Positions 15,611 to 26,815 of a DNA stretch of 64,000 bases are shown in pieces. The translations under genes were made by a program, and so were the position numbers. Numbering within the stretch: the stretch's first letter is position 1; every line of letters begins with the position of its first letter. The stretch spans positions 186,001 to 250,000 of the forward strand of contig NIVC01000326.1 in NCBI GenBank assembly GCA_002269645.1. The letters run 5' to 3'. The stretch comes from Macrostomum lignano. Lineage: Eukaryota. The notes below the pieces were generated by a model. That model did no database searches. It was given only the letters and a program-made list of their open reading frames with translations, and was not told the origin of the DNA.

Positions 15611-16019
15611 CGCGATCTCATGGTTGAGCTGAGCTTTCAGCGTGGCATTGAGTACCAACACAATTAACGTTGCCTGGCATTGGCCCACAAATACAGCTGC
15701 ACAGGCGATCCGCTGTACTTACCTTTGCGCTGTACTTGTCTCGGCGTACTGGTCCTGCCGATGGCAGATCTTGAGGGGTTGCTCGCTGTTGCTCCTCACC
15801 TGTTGATGCTGCGCCAGTTCCGGCAGATCAAGTTGGACCCGGAGCCGCTGACCGGGGGAAGCTCCTTGGCAGCCTCTGCCGCTTGCACACTGGCAGGTAA
15901 CTCTGCCAAGCAGGGAGGGGGACCGGCTCTCGGGTGGGTGCGCAGCCGTGCGTTGGTGAGCTAAAGTCAATCGATCTACGCGACTCTGAATGAAATTTGT
16001 CAGATTTTATGAGCGATAC

Positions 16020-16200
16020 CGACGCACTGGTCTCGATGCATCCGGTTCCCTTGCGCACCTTTGATGAAGACTATACCTGCCCTTCTGGCCCAACTCGTCA
16101 CTCAACAAAAGTCTGCCATCTCGAGAATATCCCACGGCTTGTCAAGTTCCTCCGAGCCACCGGACGAGCCTCGATCTTTCCCACTGAGTATCGTCACTGC
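16020..16200 (+). mobile_element. Degenerate LINE 3' remnant (paralog at ~29510-29700)
   Basis: ENIPRLVKFLRATGR resembles [15 protein letters not shown] at the end of the 10.4-11.0 kb LINE. Confidence 0.4.
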
Positions 16201-16505
16201 TGAATCAAACTTCAAGAAGACTGGTTGACGCAACTTTTAAAAGCTTTGTTTTCGGGGAATCGCTGCAGTGATTCCGAATATAGTAAGTTGAATTCATGTG
16301 CAATCTTACTTTTGCTTCAACCAGTCGGAATTTTTATACTCCTAACTATTTCGACTACCATTCCGTCCCTGGACTCTGCCTCTCGACTCTTGGACCAATA
16401 AACATGTACTTTGAATATCAAATATTAAATACTGATTGAATTTACAACCCCAAAATTTTGTATTTATTGCCGTTCTCACTCGTTTTTTTCGCTCAAAAAT
16501 AAACC

Positions 16506-16545
16506 TAGCCTGAAGATGCACAGTTTCGTGCGAAACGCGTCGCTA
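16506..16545 (+). ncRNA. Minimal type I hammerhead ribozyme (5' pseudo-LTR), predicted cleavage after C16541
   Basis: TAGC-CTGAAGA-T-GCAC(AGTTTC)GTGC-GAAA-CGCG-TC-GCTA. Stem I is TAGC/GCTA, stem II GCAC/GTGC, the core is CUGANGA/GAAA, stem III is the palindromic ACGCGT and the cleavage triplet is GUC. Confidence 0.8.
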
Positions 16546-16553
16546 TAAATTTA

Positions 16554-19044
16554 ATGTTGATTTTCGCCTTCCTGTTTATCTTACTTGCCAAGCGAGCAAC
16601 TTTACCTGAATTTTACTTTCAAATCAACACTCGCTATAAGGATGTGACAGTCCCGTGTCTCCGCAAACTTGAGCGGGTTACACACTCAATTAAGAAATGT
16701 TCAATCGACAACCGCTTCCTCGAGGGATGCCTTGAGCTACAACTCTCACCGCGCTTCACGAGGTTCAAGATACCATCAAATCCAGCCTTTCGAGATTGCT
16801 CTGAGATTCACGAAACACTTATTCGAAAGCAACTTAAACTCAATCGCCGCAAACACCAGACCCTGCAGAGTCAAATTCAAGGTTTGAAAGATAACCTAAG
16901 ATCTAGACTGGGTCTTATTACTTTCTCTGTCCTATGCCACCTCATCAACAAGAAGACCAACCAGAACATCGCCGCAGAAAAGGCCAGGCTAGAAAAGAAG
17001 CTCCAAAAGCTATGGCTTGAAAAGCAACGCACCAACAGGAGTGTCCCACAGGCCATCACCAATATCTCTAGCTACAAACTGAGTCCGTCTGAACAGCAAG
17101 CTCTTCAATTTGGTCTCCGACACCCGATTCTACCAACCAAGCTAAACAAAAATCACATTGCTGCTGAAATCGAAGCGGTTGTTGGTAAGTGCCTCTCTCC
17201 CGGGCACACGGGGAATCATGAGCTGCGCCAATGTCCGGAAGATTTCAGGAGAAAAATTATTACCGAGTTCGAACAATTCACTGTTAAGTCTAGCCATTGC
17301 CTGACCAATAAGAAAAACAAACTCCTACACAGAACCCTAAAAAACCTCAGCAAGTCTGAAAACATCAAAATTGTCAACTACGACAAAGGTTATGGAGTTG
17401 CCATCCTCAACACTGATGACTACAACAACAAACTTCTTAACATCATTCAGGACCAGACCAGATTCCAATGTCTCGGAACCTATGACACTGTCACCATGTC
17501 TCACCCCATCCTCAAAGCTGAACGCTCTCTTCAAAACTTTTTACGCACTCATGTTAAACAGCACATGGATCAAAGCACTTACCAGCGCATCCTGCCCAGC
17601 GGGAGCCAACCTGGTCAGCTCTACGGGGTCTGTAAGGTTCATAAACCTGAAAAACCTCTTAGACCAATCGTCTCCATGATCAACACCGCTGAATATGAGC
17701 TGGCCAAATATCTGGATTCCCTCATCAAGCCTCTCGTTCCGTCTGAGTTCACTTCGAAGTCCAACTGCAACTTCCTTAACGACCTTCAAAGCTCGTGTCC
17801 TGTTACCAAGAGATCTGACACTCTCTGTAGTTTCGATGTTGTCTCTCTTTTTACTAATATCCCTCTTGGGCTGGCTATTGACCTTGCCACTGAGCTTGTG
17901 TACAAAGGGAACCCCCCTACCATGCCCAAGGCTTCTTTCAAGAAACTCCTTGTCTTTGCTACCTCCGGCATTTTCATGTTTGACAATAAGTACTACCGTC
18001 AGATTGAAGGCTGTGCCATGGGAAGCCCCTTGGCCCCCACCCTTGCTGATGTCTGCCTGTCTCATTGGGAAACCAACGATTGGATGACCCTTGACTGCGC
18101 TCCCAAATTCTACAGGCGTTATGTCGACGATACCTTCGCCATCTTCGATAACAAGAACAAAATTGACCGTTTCTTCGATGCTCTCAACTGTACGCACACT
18201 AACATCCAGTTCACTTCTGAGGTTGCTTCCGACCAGAGGCTCCCGTTCCTTGACCTCGACATTGATTTTAATTGCGGAACCCTCTCGACCAAAGTTTTTC
18301 GAAAAAAGCACGTTTACCAATCTCATTCTCAACTTCAATGCTTTGTGTCCAAGACAATGGAAATCTGGCCTGATTAGATGTCTGCTCCACAGAGCTTTCA
18401 GTGTCTGTAACACCTGGACTAACTTTGACCACGAAGTGAATTTTCTGACCAAGACGTTTCAACAAAATGGTTATCCTCGTGCGTTTATTCACTCTCACAT
18501 TCACAAATTCGTCGCTGAGAAAATCGCCAATCAGCCTAGCGCTAAAGCCGATCCCATCGATCTCAACGAACCAACTCTTGTCCTCCCCTTCTTTGGCTAT
18601 CCTTCTCAACTTTTCAAAAACAAAATCTGCAAATTATTCCGCAACTCGCTTAATTGCAACATCCGTGTCATCTTTCGTTCTGCTAAGGTTGGCAACTTTG
18701 TCGGTCGGTTGAAGTCACGTGTTCCCTGTGCTCTTCGTGCTGGTGTCGTTTATCAGTTCAACTGCTCTGATGACCAGAGCGTCTCCTACGTGGGGAAGAC
18801 AAAAAGGCACCTGCACACTAGAATCAGGGAGCACTGGCTGAAACCGTCGGATATCCAGAACCACCACTTAGAATGTAATAGTTGCTCCAACTGCAAACCC
18901 GAAGAGCGCTTCAAAGTCATTGATCAATGCTCTTTTGACTTCAAACTCCAGATACTTGAAGCGCTGTGCATTAAAGCGCATTCCCCCAACATCAACACCC
19001 AACTCCAACACAGTGGCGCGGGACATGTCCTCCGTGTGTTCTGA
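16554..19044 (+). pseudogene. PLE RT-GIY-YIG ORF split by one extra A in the A6 run at ~18302-18307
   Basis: ORF 16554..18377 (KVFRK) continues in the frame of ORF 18091..19044 (STFTNLILNF) if one A is removed. This may be an assembly error. Confidence 0.85.
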
Positions 19045-19261
19045 GAGAGGGGGCACTGGATGTACTTCTACTATATAACTCTAACTAATTATACTTCTAA
19101 CTATTTCAACTACCATTCCGTCCCTGGACTCTGCCTCTCGACTCTTGGACCAATAAACACGTACTTTGAATATTAAATATTAAATATTGATTGAATTTAC
19201 TACCCCAAAATTTTGTATTTATTGCCGTTCTCACTCGTTTTTTTTCGCTCGAAAATAAACC

Positions 19262-19301
19262 TAGCCTGAAGATGCACAGTTTCGTGCGAAACGCGTCGCT
19301 A
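19262..19301 (+). ncRNA. Minimal type I hammerhead ribozyme (3' pseudo-LTR), predicted cleavage after C19297
   Basis: Sequence identical to the 16506-16545 motif. Confidence 0.8.
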
Positions 19302-19466
19302 TAAATTTAATGTTGATTTTCGCCTTCCTGTTTATCTTACTTGCCAAGCGAGCAACTTTACCTGAATGTTTGTAAAATGTTCTGACTTCCAGAAATGTAA
19401 AAACCATAAATAAAATTACCTCTGCAATCAGCCACCGCCTTTACGCCTTTTGCATTTGATTTCCCT

Positions 19467-19660
19467 ACATGTGCACCCACCTCAGTTCACCCACCCAGCA
19501 CCCATCTCAGTTCACCCACACAGCACCCACCTCAGTTCACCCACCCAGCACCCATCTTAGTTCACCCACACAGCACCCACCTCAGTTCACCCACCCAGCA
19601 GCCACCCTAGTTCACCAACACAGCATTCACCCCAGCTCACCCCCGCAGCTCACCGACCCA
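19467..19660. repeat. CACCC-rich array (reverse orientation of the GGTGGGTGAACT family)
   Basis: Seen directly; its flanks match 25230-25690 in reverse complement. Confidence 0.85.
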
Positions 19661-20020
19661 GTGCTTTCCATTTAAATTTGAGCACTAGCTGCAATCAGTA
19701 CTTTATTGGTATTTCGGTGCGACTGGATCAGACTATTGCAACTCACAGAATACGAGCTATATTCTGTAGGTATTTCCAATAATGCCGCCAGAATATTATC
19801 ATTGATTCTAAATGAGTCGATCAGTAGTGTAAAAGTATACTGATACTACTGTAAAAGTAGTAGCTGCTGTAAATCTACAGCACAGTACTATTAGGGTGGT
19901 GTCATGGATGAAGTTTTTCTCAAATTTGATGAGTTGGTAGAATTAAAAGAATACAGAGAACTTATACAACTAGGCAAGTATTTAAACTGTAATGATTGCT
20001 ACGAATAATTTAGTGATTCA

Positions 20021-20170
20021 TTCTACTACTTTGATGGCTATGGAACGGCTCCACCTAAAGAATTAAGAAATTACCTGAAATGGCAGAAAATTTACCGCTC
20101 AGACTTTACCCTTCAAGAGCTTAGCAGCGACATATGCGGTGAGCTGTGTATGTGTTTTTTGCTGTTCCAG
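20021..20170 (+). mobile_element. Polinton/Maverick-type adenoviral cysteine protease fragment
   Basis: Translates FYYFDGYGTAPPKELRNYLKWQKIYRSDFTLQELSSDICGELCMCFLL, matching the YFDSxG...Q...S..CG..C..FL signature. The upstream His motif is not seen. Confidence 0.65.
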
Positions 20171-20332
20171 CCGCGGGGGTGGTTTTTTCTGGCAAAATTT
20201 TTTTTGCCAATTTTGCACCGAAAGCCCCCTTGCCTACTACTCAAATAAGCTCCATTAAATACTTTCAGGAATACCGGAGGAGTGGCGATTTTCGCAGCAT
20301 TCCGCATCAGGCAGCGATGGTGGCCGCCCAGC

Positions 20333-20862
20333 ATGCCGATTGTCGCCCTTGTCAGCCAGAGACCGAAGCTTTTGCAGCACCGACAGAGGCATCGGTGGCT
20401 TCTGGTTGATCTGAAGCCACAGCGCTCGCTTGCAGATCCGCAGCAGATGCAGGTGAGGGTGTGCTTTGTCAGGTCCTGAGCGCCGTCCAGCCGAAGCCAC
20501 AGCCAAAGCGAGCTGACGCGTGACCAGGAATGCTACTGTAGGCTCGCAGGGTCGAGTCCCTTGGCTGCGCAGTGACGCGAGCCAGGACAGCACGTGCGAG
20601 CTGATGGCGCTTTCGAGCGGGCCTCGTAGGAGGAACCGAGCAGTTCACGGGCTCGGTGGCGGAGGTGGTCTGGCGCAGCCTGGCAACCTGAAAACAGAAA
20701 AAAGCGCATGTGGCAGCAGAAAGCGTGTCTAGCGAGCAATCGTTGGGAACCATAATAGCGCAGCAAGAAATTCAACAACTGACTGCTCTCATGCAGCCGA
20801 GACAAGGCGTCAGCAAAAACTTGAAACGGCCCTGGCACGTGGTAAGCACGCAGCTGAATGTA
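20333..20862 (-). mobile_element. DIRS/Ngaro fragment (RNase H end plus YR N-terminus), inverted paralog of ~9650-10260
   Basis: IQLRAYHVPGPFQVFADALSRLHESSQLLNFLLRYYG and QKPPMPLSVLQKLRSLADKGDNR. Confidence 0.85.
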
Positions 20863-21324
20863 CCCTCCATCAAACAAATCGTCGATTTGAATAACTTGCT
20901 GCAAGTCTAACAGACTTTTTGACTCCCTATCGGTGTCTCCAGTCGTTAGCTGTTTCGGATTGCAGAGTGGCATACACGATTCTTTATTGGCGGAAATCCA
21001 TTGGCCAGAGGGTCGGGCTTTGATCAACCGCACTTGCGATTCAGCTTTCCTGCCTCAGACTGCGCCAGGAGCTACTCAGCCTGGCCAGGGACTCACCAGA
21101 GTCGCGATTGCAATGCAGCGTTCCGGATAAAACCATTGCGTTGCTTGGAGCATACCCTTGCAGCATCAAATTCTCCATCATTGGACTACCTGTCAGACCC
21201 AGCGAAAGCAGACTAACTAAAACTTCTGGTAGCTTACCGTGATCTGGTGCCTTGTCCAAAAACCGTCGAAGCTCTGCCTCCTCTTTCTGCTCCATCCATT
21301 GAACAAGTCGTCGTTGAGCATCGC

Positions 21325-21450
21325 GTTGCACAGACGAGAACGTGAGGCGACCTTCCTAGCTTTCGTTGGCACTTTGCGCGCTTGCAGTGCCGCCTTTAGT
21401 TGAAGCACCCTCAGATCGGTGACTGATTGCAGTTGACTTTCAGTGGCCGT
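21325..21450 (-). other. SAP-domain coding remnant (paralog at ~30085-30210)
   Basis: DLRVLQLKAALQARKVPTKARKV resembles the SAP consensus. Confidence 0.45.
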
Positions 21451-22119
21451 ATCCATTGTGGCTGAGACGATAATCTGAGCAGACAGGATATGTAGGCTCT
21501 CACAAGCGGATACGGGACTAAATGGCACCCGCGACGAGCAGCGCCAATACACCAGCCTCACATGCAACCATCACAGCCAAACCGACAGCCTCACTCCGCA
21601 GTTTCAAACTCCCTTACTTCCATCAAAGTGGCAAGGATAACAAATTTTCCATTCTCCATGATTCACGCAGCTCTGTACAAAGTCAACTCTGTACATGCAG
21701 GTCCAAGCAGCAGTCGGACAGATTCGCTGCAGATCGATCGCATCCCTATTTGCATGCGTGTGGTTTTCCGCTATTGGCAAGTGTAGCTTTTCTTTTAGGA
21801 TAACATGAGCTGATACGCCAGTAAATGTATTATATGTTTGGTGCGTTTATGTAAACTATAATTATATGTGTAAATTGGAAAGCGTTATATTGCCTCGATA
21901 AATTGCTTGAGCATTGCCAAATTAAAAAAACAACCTGCTGCTCAATGAAGAGCACCAGGAAAGCACCTCATCATTTTACGTTTGTCGAGCTGGCTAAAAC
22001 TAAATACGAGTAAGTCTGCAGCAACTCTAATTGCGCATGTAATATTCCAGTCCATCTACTGTCCATCTACTGAATTCACTGAGTACTTGGGTCCTGAGCA
22101 CACAGTGCAGCTATTCAAG

Positions 22120-23212
22120 CTAAGGCATGAGCAGTTGTTGATGCCAGACCAGCCTCAGAGCCGGCGCTGTCACCAGTGAGAGAACGGACACCAGGCCGGT
22201 CGGTCGGGTCACCGGGCTGCTCACAGAAACTGCCTCATCGCTGAGAAGCTTCCTGTCTTGTATAAAAGGCCTCGGTTTGGCATCTGGATCTCCGTAATTC
22301 CAATAGTCGCCCCTGTCGTTGCACATGTGGCTGTAGCAGCGGCGGCACATTTTCCAGCCTAACTTCTCGCAGTCGTCCCCGCAGTCGACCAATGTTAACT
22401 GGAATTTGAGCAGAGTGGGCGATCAAGTCGCTTTGCTGGGATCAATAAGACAGCTGGGAATCTGATAGCTTAGTTTAGAGCAGACACAAAAGGTTGAGTA
22501 AACTGGACAACTTACACCGTTTGAAGAAAAACCTGTGCCGCAGCCCTGTTTTCTGGGACACAGCCTCCCAGTCGGATGAATAATCTTTTCCTCTTCAAAG
22601 TCTCGTGAATTGTAGCACATGATTAAATTAGGAAGTTCCGGCACCAGCTCCTTGGCGAATTTGTCGTTGCACAAATCCGTGGTGCACTCGCGGCATTGCG
22701 TCAAGTTCCCTTCTTGGATTTGGTGAACAGAGCAGGGTCCGCAGTGCATATTGAGATCCTGAAGCGTAAATTATAGTATATTGTTACTGTTTGCAGCCAA
22801 CAAATATTCACTGCTCAGAACAGAGTTACCCAGGCCTGTAAAATCGCGCAAATCAGATGATGAGCTGCTCACATAAAGGCCGGACTCTCTCAAGTTCTTC
22901 CACGTTTGAAACTCGGAGCAGACGGTCGAGCTGGGACAGATCTCAATGCCCTTGGGAAATTCGGGAGTCACATCAACATCCCAGCCTCTGTAGCAGTTAA
23001 TTGTGTCGTTTGACTTCGCATTGACCTGTGCTCGGCCTAAAAGAGAAATGTGCGAATGAGCGGCTCCAAAGCTAACGAGTAACGCACGACAGTGTCTGAC
23101 GGTACTTTTCAAAAGAGAGATAAGAGCCATGCTCAACAGCGAACTCGAACTCACCGAGCAGTGCGCCAGTCAAAAAGAGAGCAGCCATCGGCCAAAGGTG
23201 CTGCGCCAGCAT
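22120..23212 (-). pseudogene. LU-domain gene copy 3: all four exons present, in-frame CGA>TGA in exon 4
   Basis: Exons 23212-23155, 23036-22873, 22758-22516 and exon 4 ending at 22120. Reads IPSCLIDPSKAT* where copy 1 has IPSCRIDPNKTIR; the frame after the stop remains open. Confidence 0.8.
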
Positions 23213-23678
23213 TTTCTGCAGATTTGACGGCTGGTAAAGTCTCTGCAGTTGTAAAAGTTGTTGGGAAAATCACTGGCTTCTGTCGTCTGCTACAATGTAG
23301 GTCTGTCGTCAGCTAAACGCTACACATCATGGAGGGTTTTTACTCAATGCTACACATATGCAGAGAAAAGAAGCCATCTGGGTGTTAAAAGTTGTTGTCT
23401 GTGGCCGACATCCAAGTTGCATTAAGCTGATCCAGTCGCGCCCAAATACCAACAAAGTACTGACAGCAGCTTAGTGCTCAAATTTAAATGGAAAGCACTG
23501 CGTCCGTGAGCTGCGTTGTAGAACTGGGGTGATCATGCTGGGTGGGTGAACTAGGGTGGGAAAACTGGGTGAATTTAAATAGGTATGAGGCGTAAAGGCA
23601 GTGATTGCTCATATTTATAGTTTTTTTATACAGTATTTATACATATACATACATATTTATACATTTATTAATATTACT

Positions 23679-23943
23679 AATGGTCAGATGTGCATCCCAC
23701 CGCTCAGCCGCAGCTATCTGAAGGCTGCATACGGCTGTTCAGTGCAAGGACTTAGGGGGGGGGGGGCGCCACACCCCTCAATTACCCCAGCTAATGCTGG
23801 TACACATTTTACAGCTGCGTGAACTGAATTGCAATGTAGAGTTAGGTGTCTTGCTCAGGACACAAATGGTTCCGAGTAGGTAGAGAATCAAACAATTGAC
23901 CTAACCAGTGCTGAGTCCGACGCTCTAAACAAGGCTACAACCC
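23679..23943 (-). mobile_element. tRNA-derived SINE with CORE-like central domain
   Basis: The minus strand starts GGTTGTAGCCTTGTTTAGAGCG (A-box-like), has a B-box-like GTTTGATTC, then GTGTCCTGAGCAAGACACCTAAC...CAGCTGTAAAATGTGTACC, similar to the MIR/CORE core. Confidence 0.65.
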
Positions 23944-23959
23944 TTATGGTTTGGCAGTG

Positions 23960-24345
23960 TATATCATCAATGCTCAAACTGGCGCCTCATCAATCCTCAA
24001 ACTAGCGCCTCATCAATGCTTAAACTGGCGCCTCATCAATCCTCAAACTGGCGCCTCATCAATCCTCAAACTGGCGCCTCATCAATCCTCAAACTGGCGC
24101 CTCATCAATGCTTAAACTGGCGCCTCATCAATCCTCAAACTGGCGCCTCATCAATCCTCAAACTGGCGCCTCATCAATGCTCAAACTGGCGCCTCATCAA
24201 TGCTTAAACTGGCGCCTCACCAATCCTCAAACTGGCGCCTCACCAATCCTCAAACTGGCGCCTCAACAATGCTTAAACTGGCGCCTCATCAATCCTCAAA
24301 TTGGCGCCTCATCAATATCAAACTGGCGCCTCATCAATGCCAGTT
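23960..24345. repeat. 23-mer array (CCTCAAACTGGCGCCTCATCAAT)n; shorter paralog at 31935-32062
   Basis: Seen directly. Confidence 0.95.
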
Positions 24346-24532
24346 GATGATGGTAATTTTCGAGAGGTAAAAATTCCAAAACGCAAATGAAATGAGTCAC
24401 CTTCCCAAAATAACATGTTCACTCCAAAAATGTACTATAAATACAAGCCAAAATCCGAGTCAAAATCTCAGACTTGGAGCTGCCTCCAAAGATGTTAAAG
24501 CTTGCTGGAACAGCTAAGCGAGGCCACATCTC

Positions 24533-25134
24533 TGAGGAAATAAATACCGTTCGGTAAGCCTTTGTTCGAGACTTTGTTATTTGGATTACTGAGAGCGATT
24601 TTATTGCCGGCCGTTATTGATCAGTTGATTTAACTGAGTTCATTGAATTTGAGGCCTCCCATTTTCCTAAGGGATTGGATAGGATCTGCGGACCGATTCC
24701 GATACCCTTATAGGATTATTGAGTGATTGATTTTGTTACCCTAGAGTAACCGATAGGAGCACACCACTCCGATTCCGTTATTGCTAGAAGAAGACGCCCT
24801 TCTTGGAGGACCTCTTTATTATTACAGAAGTTGATCTTGTTATCAGGGCGCATTGTTGATATTGATTACTGAACCTAAGGCCTATATATTGATTTGCATT
24901 CGAGAAATACTGCGTCGTCGCCAGATTTGATTGTTACGCTCTCACTTTCGGCCGATTCTAGACTTCAAGAAGATTCCTCCGGAGAAGAAGATTTAAAGAA
25001 ACGAGCTCGGAGAACCTGCCCGACACAGAAGAGAAGCCCGCCACAGTAAGTGAACACCTTATTTTGTTCCCAGGCTTAAGTGTCTGGAAGTGGGAGTTTT
25101 CGGGAGACTGATCACCTCCCGAATCAACTCTTCA
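24533..25134 (+). mobile_element. Putative solo LTR (TGAG...CTTCA), relative of 12639-13208
   Basis: Shared blocks with the 12.6-kb element and TG/CA ends; no TSD found. Confidence 0.5.
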
Positions 25135-25224
25135 GTACATGCGACCCAAGATGTACATTTATGATAGAATATAACTAACTCACCCAGTTAGAAGAAATCA
25201 ATAAAAAATATTGCGAGGCAATTA

Positions 25225-25590
25225 CAGGTGCTTGGTGGGTGAACTGCAATGGGTGCTGGGTGGGTGAACTGGGGTGGGTGCTGGGTGAGTTAACTGAGGT
25301 GGATGAACTGGGGTGGGTGCTGGGTGGGTGAACTGAGGTGGGTGCTGGTGGGTGAACTGAGGTGGGTGCTGGTGGGTGAACTGAGGTGGGTGCTGGTGGG
25401 TGAACTGAGGTGGGTGCTGGTGGGTGAACTGAGGTGGGTGCTGGTGGGTGAACTGAGGTGGGTGCTGGTGGGTGAACTGAGGTGGGTGCTGGTGGGTGAA
25501 CTGAGGTGGGTGCTGGTGGGTGAACTGAGGTGGGTGCTGGTGGGTGAACTGAGGTGGGTGCTGGTGGGTGAACTGAGGTGGGTGCACATG
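25225..25590. repeat. 24-mer array (GGTGGGTGAACTGAGGTGGGTGCT)n
   Basis: Seen directly. Confidence 0.95.
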
Positions 25591-26443
25591 AAGGGAAATC
25601 AATTGTAAAAGGCGTAAAGGCGGTGGCTGATTGCAGAGGTAAATATATTTATGGCTTTTACATTTCTTACAGTCAGAATGTTTTCAACAACAAACTACGA
25701 CAACAAAATACGCAACCCCGCATGCAAAGTCACAGTTAGAGCAGGGCGCGTTAGTAGTAGGGCGAATTATGATACTGCCGCACTAGCACTGGCGAGATAG
25801 GCGGCAATGCAAATGTATAGGGAAAAATACACTGCGGAGATATAAGCCGTATCTCTGTACATTGGGAACGGCTAAGCACTGCAGAGACAGGGGTGAATCA
25901 TGATACTGCCGCATATAGGTGGCGGCAAAAAGGAAAAATACACTGCGGAGAGGGATCCTATCTCTGTGCATTGGGGACGGCTAAACATTGCAGAGATAAG
26001 AGATGAGTGGCCAATCTCTGTGCTTGGGTGAGATTATAAAGTTTTACAACTGCACAGAGGACGGCTGGTGCTGCTTACCTCACCTGGATAAGGGGACGGG
26101 GGGATACACTAATTACAGCCAGTGGCCTCTATAACGGTAAAGTAATTATTACCTGGACATGTCTGGATGTTCATATACGATATGAAAAGGATAGGGCATG
26201 CATGTACAAATATTTACTATACAAGCAGCCACGCAAGTACAAATAAACAAATAGACATAAACAATCTGTATAAAGGGATTTTTTAAAAACCTTACTACTT
26301 CTAAAAAACAACTCTTTATCTTTCAAAATGAAAACTTTTAAAAGTTATCATAGAGATCTCTATGAGGTCTGTATAAGCTGCGAAGTGTGCCTGCTTGGAG
26401 GCGTGTCCCCAAGACACCACGAGAATGAGAACTGCCTGGTCTC

Positions 26444-26815
26444 CATGGATGAATGAATAGAATGGATTGCTATTCTGGCTCTGGCTATTTTCGTTTTTGA
26501 CTCTTTTGCATCCGGTTCCCCCCCGTGCCTTTTCATTGGTTGATGATTGCCATAGACAATTTTCGGCCTTCGCCCCTTTCTTTCGATGCACAAGCGCAAA
26601 GAACTGAGAATTTCAACAAAGTTCAATTTCAACACAAGTAACTTCTATTTACTAACAAGAAAGCGCTTGTGCATCGAAAGAAAGGGGCAAAGGCCGAAAA
26701 TTGTCTATGGCAATCATCAACCAATGAAAAGGCACGGGGGGAACCGGATGCAAAAGAGTCAAAAACGAAAATAGCCAGAGCCAGAATAGCAATCCATTCT
26801 ATTCATTCATCCATG
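26444..26815. mobile_element. MITE with ~154-bp inverted arms and 8-bp TSD (P- or hAT-superfamily-like)
   Basis: Arms at 26444-26597 and 26663-26815, termini CATGGATG...CATCCATG, TSD CTGGTCTC at 26436-26443 and 26816-26823. Confidence 0.9.

Larger units (their letters stand above)
16307..19367 (+). mobile_element. Penelope-like element (PLE), near full length, with tandem pseudo-LTRs
   Basis: RT motifs AMGSPLAPTLAD and YRRYVDDTF; GIY-YIG endonuclease GVVYQFNC...SYVGKTKRHLHTRIREH. Direct repeats at 16334-16611 and 19089-19367. The boundaries are fixed by an empty paralogous site at ~29816. Confidence 0.93.

Noticed and set aside
22420-22430. In-frame TGA in LU copies 3 and 4 as selenocysteine or programmed readthrough
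   Set aside because: It aligns to Arg (CGA) rather than Cys in the intact copy, no SECIS was recognised, and the following base is T rather than the leaky C. A CpG transition is the simpler explanation.
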